NCBI GenBank assembly: GCA_000437895.1
Contig: FR902135.1
Location: 25,925-89,924 of the forward strand
Direction: 5' to 3'
Origin: Clostridium sp. CAG:914
GTDB taxonomy: Bacteria > Bacillota_I > Bacilli_A > RF39 > UBA660
DNA length: 64,000 bases
The notes under the pieces are model-generated. The model was not told the origin of the DNA and searched no databases. It saw only the letters and a program-made list of their open reading frames with translations. The stretch's first letter is position 1; every line of letters starts with the position of its first letter. This document shows positions 8,811 through 19,480 of the stretch, in pieces. The position numbers and the translations under genes were made by a program.

Positions 8811-10112
8811 ATGAAGAATAATAATAATTATATTTTAGAGTTAATATTAATATTTATAGTTACTATTTTATTTAATTTATTTATTAATGGTTTAACTAAT
8901 GATGAAGTTTGGAATTATGGATTTGCTTATAATATTTCTAATGGGTTAATTCCTTATAAAGATTTTAATATGATAATCACACCTTTGTTTCCACTTATTA
9001 TGTCTATATTTGGTAGAAATATAGTTGTTTATCATATACTAAATGGTTTTATATGTGTAGGTATATTTTATTATATGAAGAAGAACAATTCTAGAAGTTA
9101 TTACGTTACTTATGCTATTTTATTGTTTTTTGCTTTACCTAATTATTCTTTGGCTTGTTTACTTTTATTATATATAATTTTAGATTTGGAAAATAGAAAG
9201 GCTAATGATTATTTAATTGGTATTATTCTTGGTGTTACTTTTTTAACTAAGCAAAATATTGGAGTGTATTTATTTATTGCTTCCTTATTTTGTAATGATT
9301 TTAAGAAAATTTTTAAGAGAGGAATTGGTTTTATAATTCCTTGTGTAAGTATATTTATATATTTGGTTTATAATAATTCTTTATATGAGTTTATTGATTA
9401 TTGTTTTTTAGGTATAAGTGATTTTACAGGTAATTTTAATTATTATTATTCTTGTTTATTAATTTTTATTTTCTCTTTTATATATTTATTATATAAGTAT
9501 ATAAAAACTAGAAACATAAAGTTTATTTATTTACTTTCTTTTCAATTAATGGCTTATCCTTTGTTTGATGCATATCATGTTATAATTCCTTTTATACCTG
9601 CTTTTGGTTATTTTTTAGATGAACTAAAACTTTCTAAAAAGATTATACAAGTGTCTTTTGTTATCTTTATTATTTGCATTTTTAGTTATAATTTTTATTT
9701 ATATTCTGGTAAAGAATATAGTTACCCTAATGATAGTCGTGAATTTAAGTATAGAAAGCTTGATAATAATAGTATTAAATCATTAAAAAATATTAATTAT
9801 ATAATTAATAAATTAGATGGTAGAATATTTTTAATTAGTGGTTATTCTTATTTGATTAAATTAGAATTAGGATATTCAATAGATAAGTATGATTTGTTAT
9901 GTGATGGTAATCTTGGTCATGGTGGATATATGAGGATTATATCTGAATTTGATGATATCTGTTATAATAATAAATGTAGTTTTGTTGTTGATATGGATGA
10001 ATTTTATAAATCTAATGTTTCACAATATAATATTGGTATTTTGAAATATATTAGTAGTAATTATAATTTTGTTAATAATTTTGATAGTATTTATATATAT
10101 ACTAATTATTAA
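8811..10112 (+). CDS. Polytopic membrane protein, GT-C (GT39/ArnT/PMT)-like glycosyltransferase candidate
   Basis: About 433 aa from the ATG at 8811 (RBS ggagg at 8801-8805). At least 10 predicted TM helices, an early loop with NDEVWNYG (acidic DE motif), and a soluble C-terminal domain. Confidence 0.4.
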   Translation: MKNNNNYILELILIFIVTILFNLFINGLTNDEVWNYGFAYNISNGLIPYKDFNMIITPLFPLIMSIFGRNIVVYHILNGFICVGIFYYMKKNNSRSYYVTYAILLFFALPNYSLACLLLLYIILDLENRKANDYLIGIILGVTFLTKQNIGVYLFIASLFCNDFKKIFKRGIGFIIPCVSIFIYLVYNNSLYEFIDYCFLGISDFTGNFNYYYSCLLIFIFSFIYLLYKYIKTRNIKFIYLLSFQLMAYPLFDAYHVIIPFIPAFGYFLDELKLSKKIIQVSFVIFIICIFSYNFYLYSGKEYSYPNDSREFKYRKLDNNSIKSLKNINYIINKLDGRIFLISGYSYLIKLELGYSIDKYDLLCDGNLGHGGYMRIISEFDDICYNNKCSFVVDMDEFYKSNVSQYNIGILKYISSNYNFVNNFDSIYIYTNY

Positions 10113-10164
10113 GACAATAGTCTTTTTTTTCTTTTTGTGTTAAAATTATGAAGAGGGAAATGTT

Positions 10165-10599
10165 ATGATAAAGATTATTTGTGTTGGTAAATTGAAGGAA
10201 GATTATTTAAAGAGTGGGGTAAGTGATTATGTTAAGAGGATTAGTAAATATCATAAGATTAATGTTATTGAGGTAAGTGATTCTAATATTGATAATGAAG
10301 AGAAGGAAATAATTAAGCATATTGATAGTAAAGATTATGTTATTTCTTTATGTGTTGAAGGGGAAATGTTATCATCTTTGGAATTATCTAGGAAGATAGA
10401 CAATATTTTTATAGGGTATTCAACGATTACTTTTGTGATAGGGGGATCTTATGGTATTTCTTCTAAGATAAAGGAAAGAAGTAATATGAGGTTATCTTTT
10501 TCTAAAATGACTTTTCCACATGGTTTGTTTAGAATTGTGTTATTAGAACAAATATATAGGTCTTTTAAGATAAATAATAATGAATCTTATCATAAGTAA
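10165..10599 (+). CDS. rlmH: 23S rRNA (pseudouridine1915-N3)-methyltransferase RlmH (SPOUT)
   Basis: 144 aa. MIKIICVGKLKEDYL... and the C-terminal FPHGLFRIVLLEQIYRS are typical of RlmH. Confidence 0.8.
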   Translation: MIKIICVGKLKEDYLKSGVSDYVKRISKYHKINVIEVSDSNIDNEEKEIIKHIDSKDYVISLCVEGEMLSSLELSRKIDNIFIGYSTITFVIGGSYGISSKIKERSNMRLSFSKMTFPHGLFRIVLLEQIYRSFKINNNESYHK

Positions 10600-10652
10600 T
10601 TTATTGTTTTTTTTAGAATAATAATGTATAATTTTTTTATGAGGTGATGTGT

Positions 10653-11093
10653 ATGTCTAGGGCATTAAGTATTATAATTGAATATTTAATAGTATTTATA
10701 ATTTTATTTCTTTTGATGTATTTTGTGTTTACTACTAGTGGTATGAAAAATAAAAAGGTTAAGAAAAATAATACGAAGAATGGTAAGAAAAAAAATAAGA
10801 ATAGTGAAGATGATGTTCCTCTTGAACTTGTTTATTTAACTGGTATTTATGGTATAGATCCTAAGAATATTAATAAGAAGGTATTTAGGTTTATTTATAG
10901 TGTTATTAATTCTTTTGTTATATCTACGACATATATTATTAGTGTTTATTTGGTTAAGAATGTTATTTTAAAGGTATGTATAGCTATTGTTGTTTTGATA
11001 CTTTTAATAATTGTTTGTTATGGATTGTTAGGAAGATATTATATATATAAAGAAGATAATTTAATTAATAAGGAGGATGAAAAAGATGTATAA
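10653..11093 (+). CDS. Membrane protein of unknown function
   Basis: Two TM regions flank a Lys-rich loop. ATG at 10653 lies 8 nt after gagg. The 3' end overlaps the leuS start. Confidence 0.45.
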   Translation: MSRALSIIIEYLIVFIILFLLMYFVFTTSGMKNKKVKKNNTKNGKKKNKNSEDDVPLELVYLTGIYGIDPKNINKKVFRFIYSVINSFVISTTYIISVYLVKNVILKVCIAIVVLILLIIVCYGLLGRYYIYKEDNLINKEDEKDV

Positions 11094-13476
11094 TTATACG
11101 AAAATAGAGAAGAAGTGGCAAAAATATTGGGAAGAGAATAAGACTTTTAAAACGGATATTTATGATTTTTCTCGTCCTAAATACTATGTATTGGATATGT
11201 TTCCTTATCCTTCTGGTGTTGGATTACATGCTGGTCATCCTGAAGGGTATACGGCTACGGATATTATGGCTCGTATGAAGAGAATGCAGGGATATAATGT
11301 TTTACATCCGATGGGGTATGATTCTTTTGGGTTGCCTGCTGAACAGTATGCTATTCAAACTGGTAATCATCCAAAGGAGTTTACGGAGAAGAATATTGCT
11401 CATTTTAGAGAACAATTAAAGAGACTTGGTTTTTCTTATGATTGGGATAGGGAAATATCTACAAGTGATCCAAAGTTTTATAAGTGGACACAATGGATAT
11501 TTAAAGAACTTTATAAGGATGGTTATGCTAAATATGTAGATATGCCTGTTAATTGGTGTGAAGAACTTGGTACTGTTCTTGCTAATGATGAAGTTATTGA
11601 TGGTAAAAGCGAACGTGGTGGTTATCCGGTTATTAGAAAAAATATGCGTCAATGGGTTATTGATATACCTAGTTATGCTGAGAAATTGTTAAGTGGTTTA
11701 GATGAGGTTGATTGGCCTGAGTCTACAAAAGAAGTACAGAGAAATTGGATAGGGAAAAGTAATGGAGCAGAGGTTACTTTTAAGGTTAAAGGTAGTGATA
11801 AGGATTTTATAGTTTATACGACTAGACCTGATACTTTATTTGGGGCTACTTATTGTGTATTGTCTCCTGAACATCCTTTAGTAGATAGTATTGTTATAGA
11901 TAGTCAAAAAGAAGAAATCAATAGATATAAAATGGTTTGTCAAAGTAAGAGTGAACTTGAGAGAACAGAATTAAATAAAGATAAGACTGGAGTATTTACT
12001 GGTAGTTATGCTATTAATCCTGTTAATAATAAAGAGATACCTATATGGATATCTGATTATGTTTTGATGAGTTATGGAACTGGAGCCATTATGGCTGTTC
12101 CTGCACATGATGAACGTGATTATGAATTTGCTTGTAAGTTTGGTATTCCAATTATTCCTGTAATTGATGGTGGTCAAGAAGGTGTGGCATATACTGGTGA
12201 TGGTATACATATTAATTCTGAATTTTTAAATGGATTAAATAAGAAAGATGCTATTATAAGAATTATATCTTGGTTAGAAGAACATAATTGTGGTAAGAAA
12301 AAGGTTAATTATAAACTTAGAGATTGGATTTTTGCTCGTCAAAGATATTGGGGGGAACCTATTCCTGTTATACATATGGAAGATGGTACTATTAAAGTTC
12401 TTACTGATGTTGAACTTCCTTTGGAACTTCCTGTATTGGATGATTATGTTGGTAAAAATGGTAGAGCACCACTTGAGAATGCTCCTGATTGGGTAAATGT
12501 TATTGTTGATGGTAAGAGTGGAAAGAGAGAAACTTCTACGATGCCTGGTAGTGCTGGGTCTAGTTGGTATTATTTAAGATATATAGATCCAAATAATGAT
12601 ACATTTTTGGCTGATAAGGAATTACTTTCGCATTGGATGCCTGTAGATTTATATATTGGAGGTCCAGAACATTCGGTTGGTCATTTGTTGTATGCTAGAA
12701 TGTGGAATAATTATTTATATGATAAGGGGATTGTTCCATGTGCTGAACCTTTTAAGAAATTAGTTCATCAGGGAATGATACTTGGATCAAATGGAATAAA
12801 AATGGGAAAGAGATATCCTGAATTTGTTATTGATCCAGATGATATTGTTACTAATTATGGTGCTGATACTTTAAGACTTTATGAAATGTTTATGGGTCCA
12901 CTTGAAGCTGATAAGCCATGGAATATGGATAGTGTTAATGGAGCTTTTAAATTTTTAGATAGGATATATAGATTATATACTGAGCTAGATGTTATTAGAG
13001 ATGAAGAAAATAAAAACTTGGAGAAAATTTATCATCAAACGGTTAAGAAAGTAACTAATGATTATGAGACTTTGAATTTTAATACGGCAATTAGTCAAAT
13101 GATGATATTTGTTAATGCTGTATATAAAGAGAAAGTATTTCCTCTTGAATATGCAAATAATTTTGTAAAATTGATTAGTCCTATTGTTCCTCATTTGGGT
13201 GAAGAATTATGGAGTATATTGGGTCATACTGATACGATTGCTTATGAATCTTGGCCTACTTATGTTGATGAATTGACTTATGAGAGCGAAAGAGATATTG
13301 CAGTTCAGGTTAATGGTAAGGTTAGAGCTATAATTAAAGTTAGTGATAATGATACGGAAGATGATGTTAAAAATAAGGCTTTAAGAGAGGAAAATGTTAT
13401 TAAATATACAGAAGGTAAAGAAATAATAAAAATAATTGTTGTTAAGAATAAAATTGTAAATGTTTTAGTAAAATAA
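11086..13476 (+). CDS. leuS: Leucine--tRNA ligase
   Basis: [25 protein letters not shown] (HIGH-type) and a KMGKR-type KMSKS region. Start moved to the ATG at 11086, 9 nt after aggagg (11071-11076). Confidence 0.95.
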   Translation: MYNYTKIEKKWQKYWEENKTFKTDIYDFSRPKYYVLDMFPYPSGVGLHAGHPEGYTATDIMARMKRMQGYNVLHPMGYDSFGLPAEQYAIQTGNHPKEFTEKNIAHFREQLKRLGFSYDWDREISTSDPKFYKWTQWIFKELYKDGYAKYVDMPVNWCEELGTVLANDEVIDGKSERGGYPVIRKNMRQWVIDIPSYAEKLLSGLDEVDWPESTKEVQRNWIGKSNGAEVTFKVKGSDKDFIVYTTRPDTLFGATYCVLSPEHPLVDSIVIDSQKEEINRYKMVCQSKSELERTELNKDKTGVFTGSYAINPVNNKEIPIWISDYVLMSYGTGAIMAVPAHDERDYEFACKFGIPIIPVIDGGQEGVAYTGDGIHINSEFLNGLNKKDAIIRIISWLEEHNCGKKKVNYKLRDWIFARQRYWGEPIPVIHMEDGTIKVLTDVELPLELPVLDDYVGKNGRAPLENAPDWVNVIVDGKSGKRETSTMPGSAGSSWYYLRYIDPNNDTFLADKELLSHWMPVDLYIGGPEHSVGHLLYARMWNNYLYDKGIVPCAEPFKKLVHQGMILGSNGIKMGKRYPEFVIDPDDIVTNYGADTLRLYEMFMGPLEADKPWNMDSVNGAFKFLDRIYRLYTELDVIRDEENKNLEKIYHQTVKKVTNDYETLNFNTAISQMMIFVNAVYKEKVFPLEYANNFVKLISPIVPHLGEELWSILGHTDTIAYESWPTYVDELTYESERDIAVQVNGKVRAIIKVSDNDTEDDVKNKALREENVIKYTEGKEIIKIIVVKNKIVNVLVK

Positions 13477-13480
13477 AAAT

Positions 13481-13510
13481 AAAATGCTATGTTATGGCAT
13501 TTTATTTTTT
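13481..13510. terminator. Bidirectional hairpin terminator between convergent leuS and the RluA-family gene
   Basis: Stem aaaatgc/gcatttt with flanking A/T runs. Confidence 0.5.
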
Positions 13511-14182
13511 AAATAATGTGAATGGATAATTATTGGGTAATTCAATGTTGAAATTAAGTAGTTCATCTGTTATTGGGTCATGTATAGTTAGTTCTTTAGC
13601 AAATAGGGCAATGTTTCCTAATTCATTTTTATTGCCATATTTTATATCTCCATATAGGGGAAATCCTCTGCTTGAAAATTGTACTCTTATTTGGTGAGGT
13701 CTTCCTGTTTCTAAGTTTATTTTAACTAGGTTTAAATTGTCTACTTTGTCTGTTATAGTGTAATCTAATTTGGAATATTTTCCTTTGTCTTTGGTTGTTA
13801 CAAAGGAAATATTTTTTTTGTTATCTTTTGCTAAATAGTCTATTAGTGTATCTTTTTCTTTTAAATTACCTTTAATAACTGCATAATATGTTTTTTTAAA
13901 TTCTTTATCTGCTATTTGTTTAGATAGTCTAGAAGCTGATTTACTAGTTTTGGCAAATACCATAATACCTCCGACTGGTCTATCTAATCTGTGTACGAGT
14001 CCTAAGTATACATTACCTTGTTTATGATATTTTTCTTTTAGATATTGTTTTAATATAGTTAGGAGATCTAAGTCTTTGCTTTCGTCACTACATACAGGCA
14101 TATTTATTGGTTTTTCTACGACTAGTAAGTGGTTTGTTTCATAAATTATGTTAATATTTTGATACTTTTCCATATATGCCAC
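13502..14182 (-). CDS. RluA-family pseudouridine synthase
   Basis: HRLDRPVGGIMVFAKT catalytic Asp motif and GRPHQIRVQ. The start is uncertain (GTG at 14182 or ATG at 14173) and overlaps the upstream gene. Confidence 0.8.
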   Translation of the reverse strand: MAYMEKYQNINIIYETNHLLVVEKPINMPVCSDESKDLDLLTILKQYLKEKYHKQGNVYLGLVHRLDRPVGGIMVFAKTSKSASRLSKQIADKEFKKTYYAVIKGNLKEKDTLIDYLAKDNKKNISFVTTKDKGKYSKLDYTITDKVDNLNLVKINLETGRPHQIRVQFSSRGFPLYGDIKYGNKNELGNIALFAKELTIHDPITDELLNFNIELPNNYPFTLFKK

Positions 14183-15011
14183 AAGGAAGTACTAAGTTAT
14201 TTTCGGTAACTGGTAATCCTATTTCTCCTGTTAATATTTTATTGTTTTTGAAAGTTAATGATAAGATATTATATAGTGATGTAGGGGAAAAGCCTGTTGT
14301 ATAGCAATTTATTAATAGAAAGGAAAAATCTTTGTCTAATATATCTTTTGTTTTATTTAATAATTCTTGCAAGTTATCTTCTAGTTTCCATACTTCTTTA
14401 TTAGGACCTCTTCCATAACTAGGGGGATCCATAATAATGGCATGATAAGTTCTTCCTCGTCTTTTTTCTTTTTCAAGAAATTTTAGTACATCATCTTGTA
14501 TAAATCTTATTCTGTTGTTTTCTAATCCTGATAGTTTCATATTTTCTTTGGCCCAATCAATCATTCCTTTAGAAGAGTCGACATGAACGACTTCACTAGC
14601 TCCTGCACTTGATGCGGCCATGGTAGCACAACCTGTATAGGCAAATAGATTTAGTACTCTGAATTCTTTTTGATTGCTTTCTTTTATTTTGTCTATAATG
14701 TAGTCCCAATTGGTTGCTTGTTCTGGAAATATTCCGGTGTGTTTGAAATTAGTGGGACTTACTTTGAATTTTAAATCTTTATATTTTATTGTCCAATAAT
14801 CTTTTAATTTATGTTTGAAGTGCCATGAACCTCCACCTGTTTTGCTTCTTTCGTAGTAGCCATCCCAAGTATTCCATACTGGGTTATTGGTTTTATTCCA
14901 TATTATTTGTGGGTCAGGTCTATTTAATATTACATTTCCCCATCTTTCTAGTTTTTCTCCATCACCTGTAGCTATACATTCATAATCAGTCCAGCTGTTA
15001 CTTATATTCAT
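14151..15011 (-). CDS. Class I SAM-dependent (rRNA-type) methyltransferase
   Basis: 286 aa. VLNLFAYTGCATMAASSAGA (motif I) and IIMDPPSYGRG (motif IV DPP.). Confidence 0.7.
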   Translation of the reverse strand: MNISNSWTDYECIATGDGEKLERWGNVILNRPDPQIIWNKTNNPVWNTWDGYYERSKTGGGSWHFKHKLKDYWTIKYKDLKFKVSPTNFKHTGIFPEQATNWDYIIDKIKESNQKEFRVLNLFAYTGCATMAASSAGASEVVHVDSSKGMIDWAKENMKLSGLENNRIRFIQDDVLKFLEKEKRRGRTYHAIIMDPPSYGRGPNKEVWKLEDNLQELLNKTKDILDKDFSFLLINCYTTGFSPTSLYNILSLTFKNNKILTGEIGLPVTENNLVLPCGIYGKVSKY

Positions 15012-15123
15012 AATTACCTCTTTTCTTTATAAATATAACAAATAGTCATTAAAAAGTCTAGAAAAATTATTGTAAATAGATTTAATCTTTGATATTATAT
15101 TTTATAGAAAGTGAGATGACAAA

Positions 15124-15651
15124 ATGAATAATAGAGGTTTTACTTTAGTGGAGTTATTGGCTACGATAATAATTCTTGCTTTAGTTAGTGGTATATCTAT
15201 TGTAGGAGTCATGGCTAGTCAGGAAAATGCTAAAAAAAAGTTAGAAAATAATTTTATGAATGATGTTGGTAATGCTATTGATATGTATATAAGTATGAAT
15301 ACGGATAGTTTAAAATTTGGTAGTAATAGTGTTGGTAAAATAAATAAGGGACATGGAGTTGTTAATGTATATGTTACTATTAAGTCTTTTGATGATATAG
15401 TAGGAAGTGGTATTATATCAAGAAATGATTTGATTAATCCGGTAAATAATAATAGATGTGATGGTAATATTAAAATATATAGGGATGATGATTATGTTTA
15501 TTATTATTCTGTTTCTTTGGATGATTGTATTAAATATGATGTGAATAAGAAAACTTTAACTAATTTACCTCTTACATATTCTGAGGATTCTGGTAGTGGT
15601 TCTTCTTCTAAGGTTTCTTCTTCATCAAGTGTTATTAATGGTAAGGTTTAA
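15124..15651 (+). CDS. Prepilin-type N-terminal cleavage/methylation domain protein (type IV pilin/Com pseudopilin-like)
   Basis: MNNRG-FTLVELLATIIILALVSG is the canonical G/FTLxE motif. Ser-rich C-terminus. Confidence 0.8.
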   Translation: MNNRGFTLVELLATIIILALVSGISIVGVMASQENAKKKLENNFMNDVGNAIDMYISMNTDSLKFGSNSVGKINKGHGVVNVYVTIKSFDDIVGSGIISRNDLINPVNNNRCDGNIKIYRDDDYVYYYSVSLDDCIKYDVNKKTLTNLPLTYSEDSGSGSSSKVSSSSSVINGKV

Positions 15652-15660
15652 TTAAATAAT

Positions 15661-16122
15661 ATGGGTGATATGATGATAATTATTTTTACAATTGTGTTTT
15701 TTATGATAGATAGAATTACTAAAATATTTGCTTTAAAGATAGAGTCTTCTATTGATATTATTCCTAATTTGTTTAGACTTACTTTAGCTAAGAATACGGG
15801 GATAGCTTGGAGTTTATTTAGTAATGATACGGTAATTATTACAATTGTTACTATGGTTATTATTTTCTTTTTTATTAAATATGTAATAGATAATAAGAAT
15901 GGAAGTAAGTTATATAATGTGTGTTATGCAATGATATTGGGTGGTGCTTTTGGTAATTTATTTGATAGAGTTTTTTTGGGATATGTTATTGATTTTTTAG
16001 ATTTTAATATTTTTGGATATGATTATCCAATATTTAATTTGGCTGATACCTTTATTGTGTGTGGTATAATAATAATTTTAGTGGGAGGTATTCGTGATGA
16101 ATGTAATAAACGTCATAGATAA
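15661..16122 (+). CDS. lspA: Lipoprotein signal peptidase II
   Basis: NTGIAWSLF, FGNLFDR, VIDFLDF and FNLADTFI blocks. Confidence 0.85.
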   Translation: MGDMMIIIFTIVFFMIDRITKIFALKIESSIDIIPNLFRLTLAKNTGIAWSLFSNDTVIITIVTMVIIFFFIKYVIDNKNGSKLYNVCYAMILGGAFGNLFDRVFLGYVIDFLDFNIFGYDYPIFNLADTFIVCGIIIILVGGIRDECNKRHR

Positions 16123-16999
16123 TGATGGGATTAGAATAGATAAATATTTACTTGATAAGTTAGATATTAGTAGGAATAAGATACAGAAATTAATTAATGA
16201 TAATAATATTTTAGTTAATGGGAAGAGTGTTAAAGCTAGTTATATTGTTAGAGTGGATGATTTGATAGAATGTGATTTTGAATATAAAGAGAAAATAGAT
16301 ATTTTGCCTGAAGATATTCCTTTAGATATAGTATATGAGGATGATGATTTGCTTGTGGTTAATAAACCTAGTGGTATGGTAGTTCATCCTGCTGTAGGTA
16401 ATTATTCACATACGTTAGTTAATGCTTTAATGTATCATTGTAATAATTTGAGTCAAGTTAATGGTGTTATTAGACCTGGTATTGTTCATAGAATTGATGC
16501 TGATACTTCGGGATTGCTTCTTGTGGCTAAAAATGATATGGCTCATGTCGATTTGGCTAAACAAATAAGTGAGAAAAGTGTAAAGAGGGAATATATTACT
16601 TTGGTAGATGGAGTGATTAAAGAAGATACGGCAACGATTGATGCTCCAATTGGAAGAGATGTTAAGAATAGAAAAAAAATGTGTGTTACAGCTGATAATT
16701 CTAAGGATGCTATTACTAATATTAGGGTAATAGAGAGGTATAAAAATTCTACTTTGATTACTTGTTCATTGCTTACTGGTAGAACACATCAGATAAGGGT
16801 TCATATGAATTATATAGGACATTCTGTTATAAATGATCCGGTATATGGCTCTAAAAAGTTAATAGATCCTTTATTTGGACAGATGTTACATGCTAGGAAA
16901 ATTGGATTTGTTCATCCTAGAACACATGAATATATGGAGTTTTCTTGTGAACCACCAGAGAAATTTTTAGACATTTTGGAAATGTATAAAAATAAATAA
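16094..16999 (+). CDS. rluD: 23S rRNA pseudouridine synthase RluD-type (S4 domain plus RluA catalytic domain)
   Basis: HRIDADTSGLLLVAKN and GRTHQIRVH, with an N-terminal S4-like segment. Confidence 0.85.
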   Translation: MMNVINVIDNDGIRIDKYLLDKLDISRNKIQKLINDNNILVNGKSVKASYIVRVDDLIECDFEYKEKIDILPEDIPLDIVYEDDDLLVVNKPSGMVVHPAVGNYSHTLVNALMYHCNNLSQVNGVIRPGIVHRIDADTSGLLLVAKNDMAHVDLAKQISEKSVKREYITLVDGVIKEDTATIDAPIGRDVKNRKKMCVTADNSKDAITNIRVIERYKNSTLITCSLLTGRTHQIRVHMNYIGHSVINDPVYGSKKLIDPLFGQMLHARKIGFVHPRTHEYMEFSCEPPEKFLDILEMYKNK

Positions 17000-17128
17000 T
17001 GAGATTAGTTTTGAGTGCTAGTCTTTTGTCTTTCTACTATGATGTTATTATATTGACAATTGTCTTTAGATGTGATAGATTAAAATTAAGAGTTTAATAG
17101 GTGTTATACTAACAAAAGTGGGTGTTTT

Positions 17129-17764
17129 ATGCAGAAAAATAATTGGCTTTTATTGTTTGTGATCTTTTTACTTACTGGGTGTGTTAAAATAGATAACAGT
17201 AGTGTTGATATAATAATTGATAACACTTTAAATGATAAAAATTATGTAATGAATACGGTTTCTAGTGGATATAAATTCTATTTACCTTTTGGTGTTAGAC
17301 AAATTGTTGATAATGATAATAATCAAGTTTTTATGATTGGTGATACGAAGGTATATCTTTATGTTGATGTGGTTAGTTTTTATTATAAAAATAAATTAAA
17401 TTATAAAGATAGTGAAAACTATAATTATTATTATAAGAATATTATTAATGGAACTAAAGAGGGATATATTGGTATTGATAAGAAAAATAGTGACTATTTT
17501 GTTAAAATAGTGTATAATTATTCTAAAGTAGAGTTTTATGTTGATGAGTATAATTTGAATAATGTTATAGCTAATTCTCTAGTGATTTTAAACAATATTA
17601 ATTATAATGATGATTTAATTGAAAAAATATTGAGTTATAGTTCTGATTTGTCTGGAGAAGTTACTTATGAACTTGATAAACCTAATGATAGTGAAAGTAC
17701 TTTCTTGAAATATTTAGAGGAGTATACTAGTGAAGAAGAAGATATTCTTCCTGATGGTGAATAA
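17129..17764 (+). CDS. Lipoprotein, unknown function
   Basis: Signal peptide with lipobox LLTGC. Confidence 0.6.
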   Translation: MQKNNWLLLFVIFLLTGCVKIDNSSVDIIIDNTLNDKNYVMNTVSSGYKFYLPFGVRQIVDNDNNQVFMIGDTKVYLYVDVVSFYYKNKLNYKDSENYNYYYKNIINGTKEGYIGIDKKNSDYFVKIVYNYSKVEFYVDEYNLNNVIANSLVILNNINYNDDLIEKILSYSSDLSGEVTYELDKPNDSESTFLKYLEEYTSEEEDILPDGE

Positions 17765-17781
17765 AAGAAAGAGGTATAATA

Positions 17782-18726
17782 ATGAAATTATTTGATAAAA
17801 TTAAAGATTTATTTAGTGACTACGAGGAAGTAGAAGAAGAGGTTTTTCTTGAAGAAGAAAAAAAGGAAGAATATAAGTTACCTAAGGTTATGAGAGATGT
17901 TATTGAGAAAGAAGAGGTTATACTACCTAAGAAAAAAGAGGTTGAAGAAGTTAAGGTAGAAGAAAAAAAGTTTTCTATTCCTATAGATTTTGAAAAAGAA
18001 TTTGAAATGACACCTTCTAGGAGAAATAACACTAATAATCAAAATGTTATAAAGGAAATTAAGAGTGTGCAGAATACATCATATTCTAGACAGGAACCTG
18101 TTAAAAATGTTTATATGGAACCTAAACCTATTAAAATAGAAAAAGAGCAGAAACCTAAGTTTAAGGCTTCACCAGTTATTTCTCCTGTATATGGTATATT
18201 AGATAAGAATTATACTAAGGAAGAGGTTAAGGAGAAAAAAGAAGATAAAAGAGATATTAAAAGGTCTTCTAAGAAAGTTGATTTTGAGACGGTTAGAAAG
18301 AAGGCTTTTGGTAATTTAGTTGATGATATTAAAGATAATTTGATGTGTGAGAATTGTGAATTATATAAGGAAGTTAAAAAGATATCTTCGTTGAATGAAG
18401 ATGATTTACTTTATGATTTAACATTAGATACTCCTTCTAAGGAAGAACTTACGATTGAAAAGTGTTATGATAATTATGAAGATTTTGGGGTTAGTTATGA
18501 GAAGGATGATGTTAAAGATATAATTGAGAGTGAAGAGAAGGAAGAAGTTAATATAATTAATAATAATGAAATAGATAGTGTTCCTGAGAAAATATCAACT
18601 AAGGAATTATATGAAGAAGAAGAAAAAATAGATGAACCTGTTGCTATAGAAAAACAAGAGGCTAAGATTGAAGATGATTTCTTTGATTTAGTAGATTCAA
18701 TGTATAAAGAAAGGAATGATGAATAA
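17782..18726 (+). CDS. Glu/Lys-rich acidic protein, unknown function
   Basis: 314 aa. Amphipathic N-terminus MKLFDKIKDLF, a highly charged body, and C-terminal DDFFDLVDSMY. Confidence 0.5.
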   Translation: MKLFDKIKDLFSDYEEVEEEVFLEEEKKEEYKLPKVMRDVIEKEEVILPKKKEVEEVKVEEKKFSIPIDFEKEFEMTPSRRNNTNNQNVIKEIKSVQNTSYSRQEPVKNVYMEPKPIKIEKEQKPKFKASPVISPVYGILDKNYTKEEVKEKKEDKRDIKRSSKKVDFETVRKKAFGNLVDDIKDNLMCENCELYKEVKKISSLNEDDLLYDLTLDTPSKEELTIEKCYDNYEDFGVSYEKDDVKDIIESEEKEEVNIINNNEIDSVPEKISTKELYEEEEKIDEPVAIEKQEAKIEDDFFDLVDSMYKERNDE

Positions 18727-19001
18727 TGAATGAGATATTATCAATGATTTTGTATATTTTGGGTTCTATATTAATTATAGTATTAATAGTATTAAGTATA
18801 AAGTTAATAATTACTATGAATAAAATTGAAAATGTTGTAGATGATATTAGTAATAAGGTTGATTCTTTAAATGGATTATTTTCTATAATTGATTTTACTA
18901 CTGATAAATTGGCTATGATTAGTGAAAAGGTTACAAATGGAATTACTTTATTTATTGATAAGATATTTAAAAAAGGAAAGGTAGATGATGAAGATGAGTA
19001 A
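18726..19001 (+). CDS. DUF948-like small membrane-anchored protein
   Basis: 91 aa. N-terminal TM segment followed by a coiled segment. Coupled to its neighbours. Confidence 0.5.
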   Translation: MNEILSMILYILGSILIIVLIVLSIKLIITMNKIENVVDDISNKVDSLNGLFSIIDFTTDKLAMISEKVTNGITLFIDKIFKKGKVDDEDE

Positions 19002-19419
19002 GAAAAAAGGAATGGGATTTATTTTTGGACTTGGTTTAGGAGCAGGTATAGGTATGCTTTTAGCTCCTAAAAAGGGTGAAGAATTAAGACGTGATTTATC
19101 TAAAAAGATTAGTGAATTACTAGATAAGGCTAAAAATATTGATACTGAAGAGGTTAAGGATAATATTGTTAAGAAAATAAATGAACTTAAGGATGAATTG
19201 ACTGATTTAGATAAAGAAAAGGCTTTAGATTTAGCTAAGGAAAAAGCTTTGTTATTAAAAGAAAAGGCTAATGATTTGTGGGAGTATACTAAAGAAAAGG
19301 GAACTCCGGTTTTAGAAAAAGTTGCTTCGGAAGTTAAGAATAAGTCTATTCAAGTAACTAAAGAAGTTTTAAAGAAATTAGAAGGAAATGAAACTAAAAA
19401 AGTAACTACTGAAAAATAG
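18985..19419 (+). CDS. YtxH-domain protein
   Basis: GMGFIFGLGLGAGIGMLLAPKKGEELRRDL is the typical YtxH N-terminus; the rest is a Lys/Glu coiled region. Confidence 0.7.
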   Translation: MMKMSKKKGMGFIFGLGLGAGIGMLLAPKKGEELRRDLSKKISELLDKAKNIDTEEVKDNIVKKINELKDELTDLDKEKALDLAKEKALLLKEKANDLWEYTKEKGTPVLEKVASEVKNKSIQVTKEVLKKLEGNETKKVTTEK

Positions 19420-19480
19420 TTATTTTTTTCTTGTTTCTTATTTGATTATGGTATATAATTTTTATAGATAGGAGTTATAT

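Noticed and set aside
11416-13194. ORFs 11416-11652(-), 11971-12210(-), 12290-12496(+) and 12985-13194(-) within leuS.
   Set aside because: They are embedded in the unambiguous leuS frame, so they are shadow or alternate-frame ORFs.
17820-18032. Minus-strand ORF antisense to the Glu/Lys-rich gene.
   Set aside because: The Ser-rich translation is the complement of GAA/GAG/AAG repeats and is an artefact of codon composition.
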